Source of the DNA: an uncultured Acidimicrobiaceae bacterium
Lineage (GTDB): Bacteria; Actinomycetota; Acidimicrobiia; Acidimicrobiales; RAAP-2
NCBI GenBank assembly: GCA_963755375.1
Contig: CAVWKG010000016.1
Span: 2,617,772 to 2,681,771, forward strand
Length of the DNA stretch: 64,000 bases
Reading direction: 5' to 3'
Part shown: positions 16,345 to 26,279 of the stretch, piece after piece
How positions within the stretch are numbered: position 1 is the first letter of the stretch
How the letters are laid out: the number at the start of each line of letters is the position of its first letter
The notes under the pieces: generated by a model
What the model saw: the letters and a program-made list of their open reading frames with translations, nothing else
What the model was told of the DNA's origin: nothing
Database searches by the model: none
Made by a program: the position numbers and the translations under genes

Positions 16345-19086
16345 ATGGCAACCGGTATGCAAGGCCCACATCCTGCGGGGGGAGAGCCGACGGTGAACAC
16401 GCGTGACGTCGAGACGCTGATGCCCGCCGGGGCGCGCCGATTCCCGGCCGCACCCTCGTCGGTCCGGCAGGCACGCGGGTTCCTGCTCGGGAGACTGCCC
16501 CAGGCCTGCGACGACGCGGTGGACGTGCTCGCGTTGGTGCTGTCCGAGCTGGCCACCAATGCCGTGCAACACGCCGCCAGCGAGTTCGAGGTGGCGGTGT
16601 GGGTCGCCCCCGACGGCAGCCGTGTGCGCGTCGAGGTCATCGACGACGGAGCCGGCTACCCGACCCCCCAGGACCCGAGCCCGGATGCACCGCATGGGCG
16701 AGGTCTGCACATCGTGCGCAAGCTGGCCGACGCCTGGGGCATCGAGATGCAGCGCGACCGGCCCGGCAAGACGGTGTGGTTCTCGGTGCCATTGAGAGCG
16801 GCGGGCGGCGCAGCGCCGGGAACCCGCCCCGAGGAGCGGCTCGGAGACGAGCGGACTCGTGATGACGAGAGTTCCGCCGCCCCGGCCCCGGTCCCCGCGA
16901 TGGCGGCGCGGAGCGAGCCCGCGTGGCCCGTCAAGGGGGTGCGCACGGTGCTCGACGGGCTGCGCGACGCCGTCGTGGCGACGGACGAGCAGGGGGTGAT
17001 CCGCTACGTCAACATCTCGGCGGAAGATCTCCTGGGGTGGCCCCGCGGATCCCTCGTCGGCCGGCCGGTCTTGGACCTCGTGCCCGAGTCTCTCGCCGCG
17101 ACGATGCGCAAGGGCTACGAGGAGTTCCTCCACACCCGGGCCAACGATCTCGTCGGGCGCCGGCTCGACGCGGTGCTCAAGCGGGCCGACGGATCGGACG
17201 TCAACGCCGAGTTGGTCATGAGCATCTTCGACCATCCGCTCGCCGGCCGGGTGGTCGTGGGCATCCTCCGCCCCCGCGACGAGAGGAAGCTGCAGCGCTG
17301 GTCGGAGCTGACCAGTGAGCTCCTCGAGATCCTCGCTGATGCCCCGATCGACGAACCCCCGGCCGAGCGACTCCTCTCCACCCTCGGCCGGCGCCTCGAT
17401 TGGGACGTGACCGCGTTGTGGACGCTCTCGGCCAACCAGGAACTTGTCTGCCGACACGTGTGGACGCGCACGCCGACCGTGGCGCCGGCCTTCGCGCGGG
17501 AGAAGGAGGCGGATCCGGCCAGCAGTGACGGTCTCCCCCGGTGGGTCATGGAGCACGGCCAACCCCTGTGGGTACCCGATATCGCCACCGACCGGCGCTT
17601 CATGACGGATGCGCTGGAGAAGGACGGGCTGCAGAGCGCGTACGCATTCCCGGTCCGCTACCACGGCGCGTGTGTCGGAATCGTCAAGATGCTGAGCCGT
17701 CACCCGCGCGAGCGTGACCCCTCGGTGGTCGAGCTCATGGATGCGGTCGGCGAAAATCTGGGGGAGTTGCTGCACGCGTCGGCCCAGGCGACCGAACGCC
17801 AGCAATTGGTCGAGGAGCTGCTCGAGGCCCGGCGGCGCAACGAGTTCCTCCTCCTGGCGACCCAGGTCCTCTCCGAAGTGGTCGACTACCGCGAGATGGT
17901 GGAGCGCCTCGCCCAGGTCTCGGTCCCGGTGATGGCCGACCTGTGCCTGATCGACATCGAGGACGAGGACGGCCAGATGAGGAGGATGGCGGCCTGGCAC
18001 GCGGACCCGGACAAGCGGGCGCTCACCGAGGAGCTGCGCACCTCCTACCCGCCCGAGACCGGTGGCGTCCACCCGGCCGTGCAGGTCATGCGCAGCGGCC
18101 GGTCGATGTGGAGCGCCGAGATGGACGACCAGTTCCTGCGGGCGACCAGCCGCGACGAGCGCCACTTCGCCATCCTCAAGACACTCGGCTTCACCTCGTA
18201 CGTCACCGTGCCACTCCGCCTACGCGACGAAGAGGTCCTCGGCACCGTGACCCTCGTCTCCGCTGGGTCGGGCCGCCGCTTCTCCGAGAAGGACCTCGGC
18301 CTGGCCGAGCAGCTGGCCAATCAAGTCAGCTCCGTCGTGATCCGCGCCCGCGCCTTTGACCGCGAACGCAGGATCTCCCACGAGCTGCAGAAGCACCTGC
18401 TGCCCGACGCCATCCCTTCCATCGAGGGATGGGACGTGGCCGCCCGCTACCGGCCCGCGGCCGTCGGCGTCGAGGTGGGCGGCGACTGGTACGACGTCGT
18501 CCCGATCAGCGAGCACCTCGTTGCCCTCGTCGTCGGCGACGTGGAGGGCCACGACCTCGGCGCGGCGAGGATCATGAGCCGGCTGCGCCACACCCTCGGC
18601 CTGCTCCTGTTGGAGGAGCGGGCTCCGGGCAAGGCGCTCCAGCGACTCAACAGGGTCTCCATGGCCGGAGTCGCCGGGCGGCTGACCACCGCATTGATCG
18701 GCGTCCTCAACATCAGGACCGGGTCGATCGCGCTCTCGTCGGCCGGGCACCCGTCTCCGGTGCGGGTCGAGGCGGGCCAGGCCGTCGAGCTCCCAGTCCC
18801 CCCGGGGCCGCCGCTGGGCGTCCAGCACTGCCACTACAAGGACCACGAGTTCCTCCTGGACCGGGGATGCCTGGTGATGTTCACCGACGGCCTGGTCGAG
18901 CGGCGTGGCAGCCACCTCGATGAGCGTCTCGCGCTGCTCGAATCCTCGCTGCGTACCTCGCCGAGCAACGAACCCAGCGTGGTGGCGGACTTCGTCATTG
19001 ACGCCATGACGGCCGATGAGCGGCGGACCGACGACATCGTCGTGCTCACGGCACGACGGCACGTGGGCGATCCCGGCGTCATCTGA
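16345..19086 (+). CDS. Multidomain sensor: RsbW-like HATPase - PAS - GAF - GAF - PP2C/SpoIIE phosphatase
   Basis: Domains in order:
- N-terminal LSELATNAVQHA...IDDGAGYP...HGRGLHIVRKLADAWG (anti-sigma kinase fold)
- PAS (AVVATDEQGVIRYVNISAEDLLGW)
- two GAF-like blocks
- C-terminal GGDWYDV...VGDVEGHD...FTDGLVE...DDIVVL (PP2C)
Start set to ATG 16345 and is uncertain. Confidence 0.85.
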   Translation: MATGMQGPHPAGGEPTVNTRDVETLMPAGARRFPAAPSSVRQARGFLLGRLPQACDDAVDVLALVLSELATNAVQHAASEFEVAVWVAPDGSRVRVEVIDDGAGYPTPQDPSPDAPHGRGLHIVRKLADAWGIEMQRDRPGKTVWFSVPLRAAGGAAPGTRPEERLGDERTRDDESSAAPAPVPAMAARSEPAWPVKGVRTVLDGLRDAVVATDEQGVIRYVNISAEDLLGWPRGSLVGRPVLDLVPESLAATMRKGYEEFLHTRANDLVGRRLDAVLKRADGSDVNAELVMSIFDHPLAGRVVVGILRPRDERKLQRWSELTSELLEILADAPIDEPPAERLLSTLGRRLDWDVTALWTLSANQELVCRHVWTRTPTVAPAFAREKEADPASSDGLPRWVMEHGQPLWVPDIATDRRFMTDALEKDGLQSAYAFPVRYHGACVGIVKMLSRHPRERDPSVVELMDAVGENLGELLHASAQATERQQLVEELLEARRRNEFLLLATQVLSEVVDYREMVERLAQVSVPVMADLCLIDIEDEDGQMRRMAAWHADPDKRALTEELRTSYPPETGGVHPAVQVMRSGRSMWSAEMDDQFLRATSRDERHFAILKTLGFTSYVTVPLRLRDEEVLGTVTLVSAGSGRRFSEKDLGLAEQLANQVSSVVIRARAFDRERRISHELQKHLLPDAIPSIEGWDVAARYRPAAVGVEVGGDWYDVVPISEHLVALVVGDVEGHDLGAARIMSRLRHTLGLLLLEERAPGKALQRLNRVSMAGVAGRLTTALIGVLNIRTGSIALSSAGHPSPVRVEAGQAVELPVPPGPPLGVQHCHYKDHEFLLDRGCLVMFTDGLVERRGSHLDERLALLESSLRTSPSNEPSVVADFVIDAMTADERRTDDIVVLTARRHVGDPGVI

Positions 19087-19130
19087 GCCGCCGGGTACCG
19101 CTGGACGCCGGCACTTCGTATTGTGACGGC

Positions 19131-20528
19131 GTGCAGAGGGAGGAAGCCGTGGCGCCGCTCGTCGGTGCCCACATACCGGTTCCCTGCCTCGACGGAGTCG
19201 AACGTCCCTACCGCGACCTCGACTGCGCCGCCTCGACGCCCGCCCTGCAGTCCGTGGCCGACAGGATCAACGAGTTCCTGCCCTGGTACTCGAGCGTGCA
19301 CCGCGGCGCGGGCTACAAATCGCGGCGCGCCACTGCGGCCTACGAGGAAGCCCGCGCGAGCGTGCACCGCTTCGCCCGGCGTCCGGCCGACGGCGACGAT
19401 GTCGTGGTCCTGGTACGCAACACCACCGAGGCCATCAACCACCTGGCCTACCGGCTGAGGCTGGGCCCCGACGACGTGGTGGCCACCACGGTGGTCGAGC
19501 ACCACGCCAACCTGCTCCCCTGGGCGCGGGTGGCGACACGGCGCTGGGTGGAGTGTGGCACGGCCGGCACCTTCGCCACGGCCGACGTGGTGAAGGTCCT
19601 CGAGGACGGTCGCCCACCGGCGCTGTTGGCGCTCACGGGAGCCTCCAATGTCACCGGCTGGCTGCCCCCCGTGGAGGAGATCTGCGCGGAGGCGCACGCA
19701 CGCGGCGTGCCTGTCCTGCTCGATGCGGCACAGCTGGCGCCGCATCGCCCCCTGCCAGACGGACCGGACTTCGTGGCCTTCAGCGGCCACAAGCTCTATG
19801 CGCCCTTCGGTGCCGGCGCGCTCATCGGGCCGCGGCGGGTCTTCGAAGAAGGGGATCCCTTCCTCGCCGGCGGCGGCGCCGTCGACCTGGTCGACCTGGA
19901 CGAGGTGATCTGGACGGATCCCCCCGAGCGCGAGGAGGCGGGCTCGCCCAATGTCGTCGGCGCGGTGGCCTTCGGCACGGCGATGGACGAGCTGGAGCGG
20001 ATCGGCTGGCAGACCATCCACGCGCACGAAGAAGCGCTGTCGACGCGGTTGTACGACGGACTGCGGGCCATCGACGGCGTGCGCGTCCTCGGACCATGGT
20101 CCGCGTCCGGCGCGCGCGATGGGCTCGCCGTGGCGACCTTCACCATGGACGGGATGCACCACGCCCTGGTGGCGGCCCGGCTGAGCGCGGAATTCGGGAT
20201 CGGCGTGCGGCACGGGTGCTTCTGCGCGCACCCCTACCTGATCCGCCTGCTCGGCGTCGGCCGCGCCGGCGTGGACCAGGCGCGCGCGGCCGTGCAGCGA
20301 GGCGACCGTCGCGCGATACCCGGTGCAGTACGGGCCAGCTGCGGGCTCGGCACCTCCGATGACGACGTGGATGCGCTGCTCGACGCGCTGCGTGCGCTGG
20401 CGGCCGGCGAGCCGCCCCCCGTCCGCTACGTGCAGGACGATGTCACCGGCGATTTCTGGCCGGAAGGCGACGCCGCGGGATGGAGCGTGGCCGACCGCCC
20501 GGCCGGCGCCGCGTGCGCGCGGGGCTGA
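19131..20528 (+). CDS. Class-V aminotransferase-fold PLP-dependent enzyme (cysteine desulfurase-like)
   Basis: YSSVHRGAGYKS...NTTEAINHLA...FVAFSGHKLYAPFGAGALIG (PLP lysine context). Confidence 0.8.
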   Translation: MQREEAVAPLVGAHIPVPCLDGVERPYRDLDCAASTPALQSVADRINEFLPWYSSVHRGAGYKSRRATAAYEEARASVHRFARRPADGDDVVVLVRNTTEAINHLAYRLRLGPDDVVATTVVEHHANLLPWARVATRRWVECGTAGTFATADVVKVLEDGRPPALLALTGASNVTGWLPPVEEICAEAHARGVPVLLDAAQLAPHRPLPDGPDFVAFSGHKLYAPFGAGALIGPRRVFEEGDPFLAGGGAVDLVDLDEVIWTDPPEREEAGSPNVVGAVAFGTAMDELERIGWQTIHAHEEALSTRLYDGLRAIDGVRVLGPWSASGARDGLAVATFTMDGMHHALVAARLSAEFGIGVRHGCFCAHPYLIRLLGVGRAGVDQARAAVQRGDRRAIPGAVRASCGLGTSDDDVDALLDALRALAAGEPPPVRYVQDDVTGDFWPEGDAAGWSVADRPAGAACARG

Positions 20529-20536
20529 GCGCACCC

Positions 20537-21532
20537 GTGCGCCGCTCCCGGATGCTGCTCCTCGCGCTCGTCGGCGCGGTCCCCGCGCTGGCGGCGTGCT
20601 CCGAACCCGTCGGCAGCTCGTCGGTGGACGGCGTGGCCTGGGTCACCACCGGCGCCTCGGTCACGCTCCCGGGCATGGGCGTCACGCCGGTCAACCTGGC
20701 CCGGCGGCAGATCGGGACCAAGGTGCCCGTGGGCAGCCTGCCCTCCGCGCTGGCGTACGCGCCGGGTGGCCGGGGGCTGCTCGTGGTGACCCAGGGGGAC
20801 GACCGGCTGCACGAGATCGACACGGCGACGCACCAGGTGGTGCACGAGGTCGTCGTCGGGGTCGAGCCGGACGCGGTGGCGGTGGCACCCGGCGGCGCCG
20901 GCGGCAGAGGCGTGGCGCTCGTGGCGAACCTCGATTCGAACAGCGTGACGCCGGTCGACCTCGGCACCTGGAGGGCGGGCGCGCCCATTGCGGTAGGGAC
21001 CGAGCCGGTGGCCATTGCCGTCTCGGTGGCGGCCTCGGGCGCCGCCACCGCATTCGTCGCCGACTACGGCAGCAACGCGGTGACCCCGATCGACGTCGCG
21101 ACGCACCAAGCCGGCGCGGCCATTGCCGTCGGCCCCGGACCGCAGACCATCGCCGCCACGCCCGCCGAGGTGCTCGTGGGCAATTTCGGCAACCGGACCC
21201 TCACGGCCATCAACCCGACGGCGCTGCGGGCGGGCGGCACCACTTCGCTTCCGCTCAACCCGACGGACATCGCCGTGGCGCCGACGGGTACCACGGCGTA
21301 CGTCTGCGGGGGGGCAGCGGTGGTGGCGGTGACCGTCGTCGGCCTGACCGTCGGCGCGCCCATCGCGCTGCCCGATGTCGCCCAGGGGATCGCGTTGAGC
21401 GCCGACGGCTCGACGGCGTGGGTGACGCAGCAGGCCGGCACGCTGGTTCCGGTGACGTTGACCACGGGGCAGGTGGGTGTCGCGCTGCATGTCGGCGGCC
21501 ACCCCTCGGCCATCGTCATCGGCGCGGGCTAG
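20537..21532 (+). CDS. Lipoprotein with YVTN/YncE-type beta-propeller repeats
   Basis: Signal peptide plus lipobox (LLLALVGAVPALAAC). Repeated ...NSVTPVDL / ...NAVTPIDV / ...RTLTAINP blocks. The start is GTG 20537 or ATG 20552. Confidence 0.65.
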   Translation: MRRSRMLLLALVGAVPALAACSEPVGSSSVDGVAWVTTGASVTLPGMGVTPVNLARRQIGTKVPVGSLPSALAYAPGGRGLLVVTQGDDRLHEIDTATHQVVHEVVVGVEPDAVAVAPGGAGGRGVALVANLDSNSVTPVDLGTWRAGAPIAVGTEPVAIAVSVAASGAATAFVADYGSNAVTPIDVATHQAGAAIAVGPGPQTIAATPAEVLVGNFGNRTLTAINPTALRAGGTTSLPLNPTDIAVAPTGTTAYVCGGAAVVAVTVVGLTVGAPIALPDVAQGIALSADGSTAWVTQQAGTLVPVTLTTGQVGVALHVGGHPSAIVIGAG

Positions 21533-22706
21533 GCGCCCGGCCCGTGGGCTGGGGTCGGACGCTGTAGACCGCCCGGGCTCGGAATCGCAGGGGGCGCTCG
21601 GTCAGCTCCTCCATGTAATGCGCGGCCCATCCCGCGACCCTGGCCACCGCGAAGATGGTGCGACCGGTGTCGGGCGGCATCCCGGTGCCCCAACTCAGCG
21701 CGGCGAGGGCGAGGTCGCAGTTGGCGAGCGGCACGTCGTGCGCGGCAGCGACCGCCACGACCTCGCGCACGAGGGCGCGCCGCTCCTCACTCAAGAGTGG
21801 CTCGGCCAGCGCCAGCAGGGCCTCAAAACGCGGGTCGCCGCTCTTGTAGACGGCGTGCCCGAAGCCGGGCAACCGCCCGCGCTCGCTGAGCACGTCGTTC
21901 AGGGCCCGCGGCACGCCGTCGCGCTCGGCCACGACGAGCAGCTCGTAGGCCTGCTGGCTGGCGCCACCGTGCAGCGGACCGGCCAGTGTGGCCAGCCCGG
22001 CCAGGAAGGCGTCGTAGGGATCGGAGCGCACCGATGCCGCCAGACGCACGGCCATGGTCGAGGTGGCGAGCTCGTGATCCGCCAGGAGGACGAGGGCGGC
22101 GTTGACGGCAGGGGCCGGCACCGCCGTCGGGGAGGCCGTCAGGCGCCCGGCGAGCCGTGCCGCGACGGAGGCATCCGGATCCTCCCCGGCCGGCGGCGGC
22201 CCGACGATGTCGGCCAGCGCGGCGGTGGCGCGGCGGGCGGCGCGGGCCACTGCCGCGGGACGCAGGTCGGACCGCAGAGGATCGGTCGCCCCGCACAGGA
22301 CCAGTGCCCAGCGCATGCGCTCGAGCGTGGCGGTCAGCGGGCAGGGTCCGACTCGGGGGGCGCTCCAGTCGCCCGCGCCAGCGGACTGCCACAGGAGCTC
22401 GGCGACCTCCTCGAAACTGGAGTCCACGGCCAGCCCAGTGGCGGGCCGCCCGCGATAGATAGGGCCGAGCTGCTGGTCGAGCTGGGTCACGGCGGTCGTG
22501 ACCGTCGCCAGACGGGTCGCCGTCTGACGCCCGCCACGGCTCCGCACCGCCAACGACTCGATGTCGTCAAGGTCGAAGAGGCTCCCCCGCCGGGTCGGGT
22601 CGGGGTGCGACTCGAGCAGGCCACGGCTGACGTAGGCGTAGAGCGTCGGCACCTTGACCCCGAGGCGGCGCGCCGCCTCCACCGTGCTGAGCATGCGTTC
22701 CATCAC
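21516..22706 (-). CDS. Citrate synthase-fold protein with N-terminal helix-turn-helix (MerR/excisionase-type) domain
   Basis: N-terminus LSTVEAARRLGVKVPTLYAYVSRGLL (HTH), followed by the citrate synthase motifs LADHELATST, LPGFGHAVYKSGDPRF and GWAAHYMEE. Confidence 0.8.
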   Translation of the reverse strand: MMERMLSTVEAARRLGVKVPTLYAYVSRGLLESHPDPTRRGSLFDLDDIESLAVRSRGGRQTATRLATVTTAVTQLDQQLGPIYRGRPATGLAVDSSFEEVAELLWQSAGAGDWSAPRVGPCPLTATLERMRWALVLCGATDPLRSDLRPAAVARAARRATAALADIVGPPPAGEDPDASVAARLAGRLTASPTAVPAPAVNAALVLLADHELATSTMAVRLAASVRSDPYDAFLAGLATLAGPLHGGASQQAYELLVVAERDGVPRALNDVLSERGRLPGFGHAVYKSGDPRFEALLALAEPLLSEERRALVREVVAVAAAHDVPLANCDLALAALSWGTGMPPDTGRTIFAVARVAGWAAHYMEELTERPLRFRARAVYSVRPQPTGRAPSPRR

Positions 22707-22761
22707 GCGCAGGTTACATTGACTTGATCAACGTTTACAGACGCAGGGAAAGAGCGTCATA

Positions 22762-24294
22762 GTGGGATGCATGGAAACCATTGTGCGTGATCTGATGACC
22801 TCCCCCGCGGTGACGTGCGCGGCAGAGGACAGCCTGGCGGCCGCGGCCCGGGCCATGCAGCAGGCCGATACCGGTTCCGTCGTCGTGACCGACGACGGCA
22901 AGGTGGTCGGCATCCTCACCGAGCGTGACCTCCTCAGGGCGGCGGCCGTCGAGGGCGACGCCGACCGGGAGCAGGTGCGCCTGTGGATGACCTCCCGCCC
23001 GGACGTCCTCGGTCCCGACGAGCGGGTCGACGCGGCCTGGGCGAGCTTGACCTCGCACCACTACCGGCACTTGCCGGTGGTCGAAGGGGACCGCTGTGTG
23101 GGCGTCGTCTCGTTGCGCGATCTCATGGCGGTGGCCCGCATCCGGCCCGCCGGTGAGACGAGCGGCGACGTGCCGGCGGGGCTCGAAGGTGTGGTGGTCG
23201 CCGAGACGACCATCGGCGACGTGCGCGGCAAGGAGGGGTTCTTCCACTACCGGCAGTACTCCGCAGTCGAGCTGGCCGAGAAGCGCTCGCTCGAAGACGT
23301 CTGGCATCTCCTGTTCCGCGGCGATCTCCCGGATGCCCCGGCCGCAGCGGCCTTCGGAGAGGAGGTCCGGCGCCGGCGCGCCCTTCCGCCCGGGTTGCGC
23401 ACCGTGCTGCCGGCCGTGTGCCGCCGCGGGGCGCCGCTCGACGTGCTGCGCACCGCGGTTTCGCTCCTGGCGGCCGAGCTCGGCTGGCGCCCGACCCACG
23501 ACATCGGTGCGAACGAGCTCTACGACCAGGCCCTCGGTCTGTGTGCGGTCGTGCCGACGATCCTGGCTGCGACGCACCGGTTGCGGCAGGGAGAGGAACC
23601 GGTGGAACCACGTGACGACCTCGGCTTCGCCGCCAACTATCTCTTCATGCTGACCGCACGCGAGCCGAGCCCACTGCACGCCCGGGCCATTGAGCAGTAC
23701 ATGATCCTGACGATCGACCATGGTTTCAACGCGTCCACCTTCACCGCCCGCGTGGTGACGTCGACCGGCGCCGATCTCGGCGCCGCCATCGTGGCGGCCA
23801 TCGGCGCGCTCTCCGGACCGCTGCACGGCGGAGCTCCGAGCCGCGCCCTCGACATGCTCGATGCCATCGGTACCCCCGAGCGGGCCCAGGCCTACATCCG
23901 CGCCGCCGTCGAGCGCGGTGACCGCATCATGGGCTTCGGCCACCGCGTCTACAAGACGGACGACCCGCGCTCCCTCCTCCTGCGTTCGGTCACCGAACGA
24001 CTCGGCGGGCCGCTCGTCGAATTCTCCCAGTCCGTCGAGCGCACGACGGTCGACCTGCTGGCCGAGCTGAAGCCGGGTCGCCAGCTCTACACCAACGTCG
24101 AGTTCTACGCCGGCGTCGTGATGCACACCTGCGGCATCCCGCGCGAGATGTTCACCCCGACCTTCGCCGCGGGGCGCACCATCGGGTGGAGCACCCATGT
24201 GATGGAGCAGGCCGCACACAACCGCCTCATCCGCCCGGCCGCCCGTTACGTCGGGGCGCCCCCGCCCCAGCCGGTGCCCCTGCCCGAGGCCTGA
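22762..24294 (+). CDS. Citrate synthase-fold protein with N-terminal CBS domain pair
   Basis: Two CBS motifs (VRDLMTSPAVTC...VVVTDDGKVVGILTERDLL and WMTSRPDVLGPDE...HLPVVEGDRCVGVVSLRDLM), then GFFHYRQYS, TIDHGFNAST, IMGFGHRVYKTDDPRS and TNVEFYAG. The start is GTG 22762 or ATG 22771. Confidence 0.85.
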   Translation: MGCMETIVRDLMTSPAVTCAAEDSLAAAARAMQQADTGSVVVTDDGKVVGILTERDLLRAAAVEGDADREQVRLWMTSRPDVLGPDERVDAAWASLTSHHYRHLPVVEGDRCVGVVSLRDLMAVARIRPAGETSGDVPAGLEGVVVAETTIGDVRGKEGFFHYRQYSAVELAEKRSLEDVWHLLFRGDLPDAPAAAAFGEEVRRRRALPPGLRTVLPAVCRRGAPLDVLRTAVSLLAAELGWRPTHDIGANELYDQALGLCAVVPTILAATHRLRQGEEPVEPRDDLGFAANYLFMLTAREPSPLHARAIEQYMILTIDHGFNASTFTARVVTSTGADLGAAIVAAIGALSGPLHGGAPSRALDMLDAIGTPERAQAYIRAAVERGDRIMGFGHRVYKTDDPRSLLLRSVTERLGGPLVEFSQSVERTTVDLLAELKPGRQLYTNVEFYAGVVMHTCGIPREMFTPTFAAGRTIGWSTHVMEQAAHNRLIRPAARYVGAPPPQPVPLPEA

Positions 24295-24386
24295 TCCGGG
24301 CGGGCTGGACGAGGCCGGAGCGGCCGCTCCCGAGCGAAACCCGACTAATATCGTCTGGGTTAGACGATTCGGGAAGGAGCCAGGGC

Positions 24387-24920
24387 ATGGGCGCCGGCAG
24401 CACCACCACCGCAGGAACAAGCGGGCGGGTACATACCCTCTTCTCGTTCCCCAACCCGGTCAACGAGGTCTCGGCCCGCCTGGTGGCGGCGGGGGTCGTC
24501 CTCATGTGTGTGCTGGCCATCACCCTCGGATTGCAGTGGGCGACGGTGATCATCGCTTACGGCTTCGTGGCCCGGGTGCTGACGGGCCCAAGCCTGAGCC
24601 CCCTGGGCCAATTCGTGACGCGGGTCGTCACACCACGCCTCAGGATCCGGGAGCGCCCGGTGGCCGGTCCGCCCAAGCGCTTCGCCCAGGGCATGGGTGC
24701 CGCCTTTTCGCTGACCGCCCTCGTCCTCACCGGACTGGGTTTCTGGACGGCAGCGGAGGTCTTCCTCGGCCTCCTCGCCGCCGCCGCTCTGCTGGAGTCG
24801 GCCTTCGGTCTCTGCCTCGGGTGCAGGGCCTTCGCGGTCCTCATGCGCGCCGGCGTGGTGCCCGAAGAGGTCTGCGAGCGCTGCAACGACATCTGGGCCG
24901 GGCGGCCCGCGACCGCGTAG
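24387..24920 (+). CDS. DUF4395 domain-containing membrane protein
   Basis: GGAAGGAG RBS at 24372-24379 and ATG at 24387. Hydrophobic segments plus PPKRFAQGMGAAFS and the C-terminal FGLCLGCRAF motif typical of DUF4395. Confidence 0.65.
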   Translation: MGAGSTTTAGTSGRVHTLFSFPNPVNEVSARLVAAGVVLMCVLAITLGLQWATVIIAYGFVARVLTGPSLSPLGQFVTRVVTPRLRIRERPVAGPPKRFAQGMGAAFSLTALVLTGLGFWTAAEVFLGLLAAAALLESAFGLCLGCRAFAVLMRAGVVPEEVCERCNDIWAGRPATA

Positions 24921-24938
24921 ACGGCTCGTCCCGGCGCG

Positions 24939-26048
24939 TCAGTCGTCGTAGATGAGGACACCTCGAATGTTCTTGCCGTCGCGCATGTCCTGATAGCCCT
25001 GGTTGATGTCACCGAGCTTGTAGGTACTGGTGATCATCGAGTCGAGGTCGAGCAGGCCGCTGCGGTACAGCTTCAACAGCTTCGGGATGTCGGAGTGGAT
25101 GTTGGCCGAGCCGAAGATGCTGCCCACCACCTGCTTCTCGTAGATGGTCAGCATCATCAGGTTCATCGTCACCACGGTCTCGTTGTACGGGTGGATGTTG
25201 GTGACCACGACCCTGCCGCGCTTGGCGGCCAAATTGAGGATGGAATCCATCATCGGTCCCGAACCCACGCCCATGGCGCAGATCACCTTGTCGCACATGT
25301 GACCCCAGGTCTCCTGCTGAATGAGCGCAAAAGCCTCCTCGATGGAGGGCGCCACGTGGGTCGCTCCGAACGTGGGGGCCAGGTCCCGCTTCAGCTCCAC
25401 CGGGTCGATGGCGAAGATCATTTCGGCGCCGGCGAGGCGGGCGCCCTGCACGGCGGAGGCGCCGATGCCCCCGATACCGATCACGGCCACGTTGTCACCT
25501 GGCTGCACGTCTGCCGCGTAGACCGAGGAACCCCAGCCGGTGGTGACGCCGCAGCCGACGAGGCAGGCCTTGTCGAGCGGGATGTCGTCGAGGATCTTCA
25601 CGCACGATGCCTGGTTGACCACGGTGTAGGGGGCGAAGGTGCCGAGGCAGACCATGGTGGAGACATCCTGGCCGCGGGCGTGATGGCGCACCGTGCCATC
25701 GAGCTGTTTGCCCGTCATGAGAATGCCTCCGACGTCGCACAGGTTGGAGTGCCCCGTGGCGCACGGCGGGCACTTCCCGCAGGCGGGGACGAAACCCAGC
25801 ACGACGTGGTCCCCCGGAGCCAGGCCGGTCACACCGGGACCCACCTCTTCGATCACCCCGGCGCCCTCGTGTCCGCCGATGACGGGAAGGGGCACCGGCA
25901 TGTCCCCGGTCAGCAGATGCTCGTCGGAGTGACACATGCCCGACGCCGCCAGCTTGATGAGGACCTCGCCCTCCTTGGGCGGGTCGAGCTCGATGGGCTC
26001 GACGCTCCAAGCCTCACGGTCCCACAGAACAGCTGCTTCGGTTTGCAC
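24939..26048 (-). CDS. NDMA-dependent (zinc, medium-chain) alcohol dehydrogenase
   Basis: AAVLWDRE...GEVLIKLAASGMCHSDEHLLTGD...GGHEGAGVIEEVGPGV...ACGKCPPCATG...GIGGIGASAV. I prefer GTG 26048, which follows GGGAGG, over the TTG at 26075. Confidence 0.85.
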   Translation of the reverse strand: MQTEAAVLWDREAWSVEPIELDPPKEGEVLIKLAASGMCHSDEHLLTGDMPVPLPVIGGHEGAGVIEEVGPGVTGLAPGDHVVLGFVPACGKCPPCATGHSNLCDVGGILMTGKQLDGTVRHHARGQDVSTMVCLGTFAPYTVVNQASCVKILDDIPLDKACLVGCGVTTGWGSSVYAADVQPGDNVAVIGIGGIGASAVQGARLAGAEMIFAIDPVELKRDLAPTFGATHVAPSIEEAFALIQQETWGHMCDKVICAMGVGSGPMMDSILNLAAKRGRVVVTNIHPYNETVVTMNLMMLTIYEKQVVGSIFGSANIHSDIPKLLKLYRSGLLDLDSMITSTYKLGDINQGYQDMRDGKNIRGVLIYDD

Positions 26049-26279
26049 GGTGCCTCCCGGGGTGCGACGTGACAACGGTTTACGCTACCGGGCGCCGTGT
26101 CGGGCGTGCCGGTTGCTCCCGGGATGCCGGTCCGGCATTCGATCGAATGAGAGATCGTAGAGTTGAGGAAAACCCAGATCACACGGGACCGCGCCTTCGG
26201 GGTCGGGTCGATTCGGCCGCCGATCGGAGTCCAAAATTGGCATTCCGGCACACGGTGAGGCGGAAGGAGACAGCATTCG

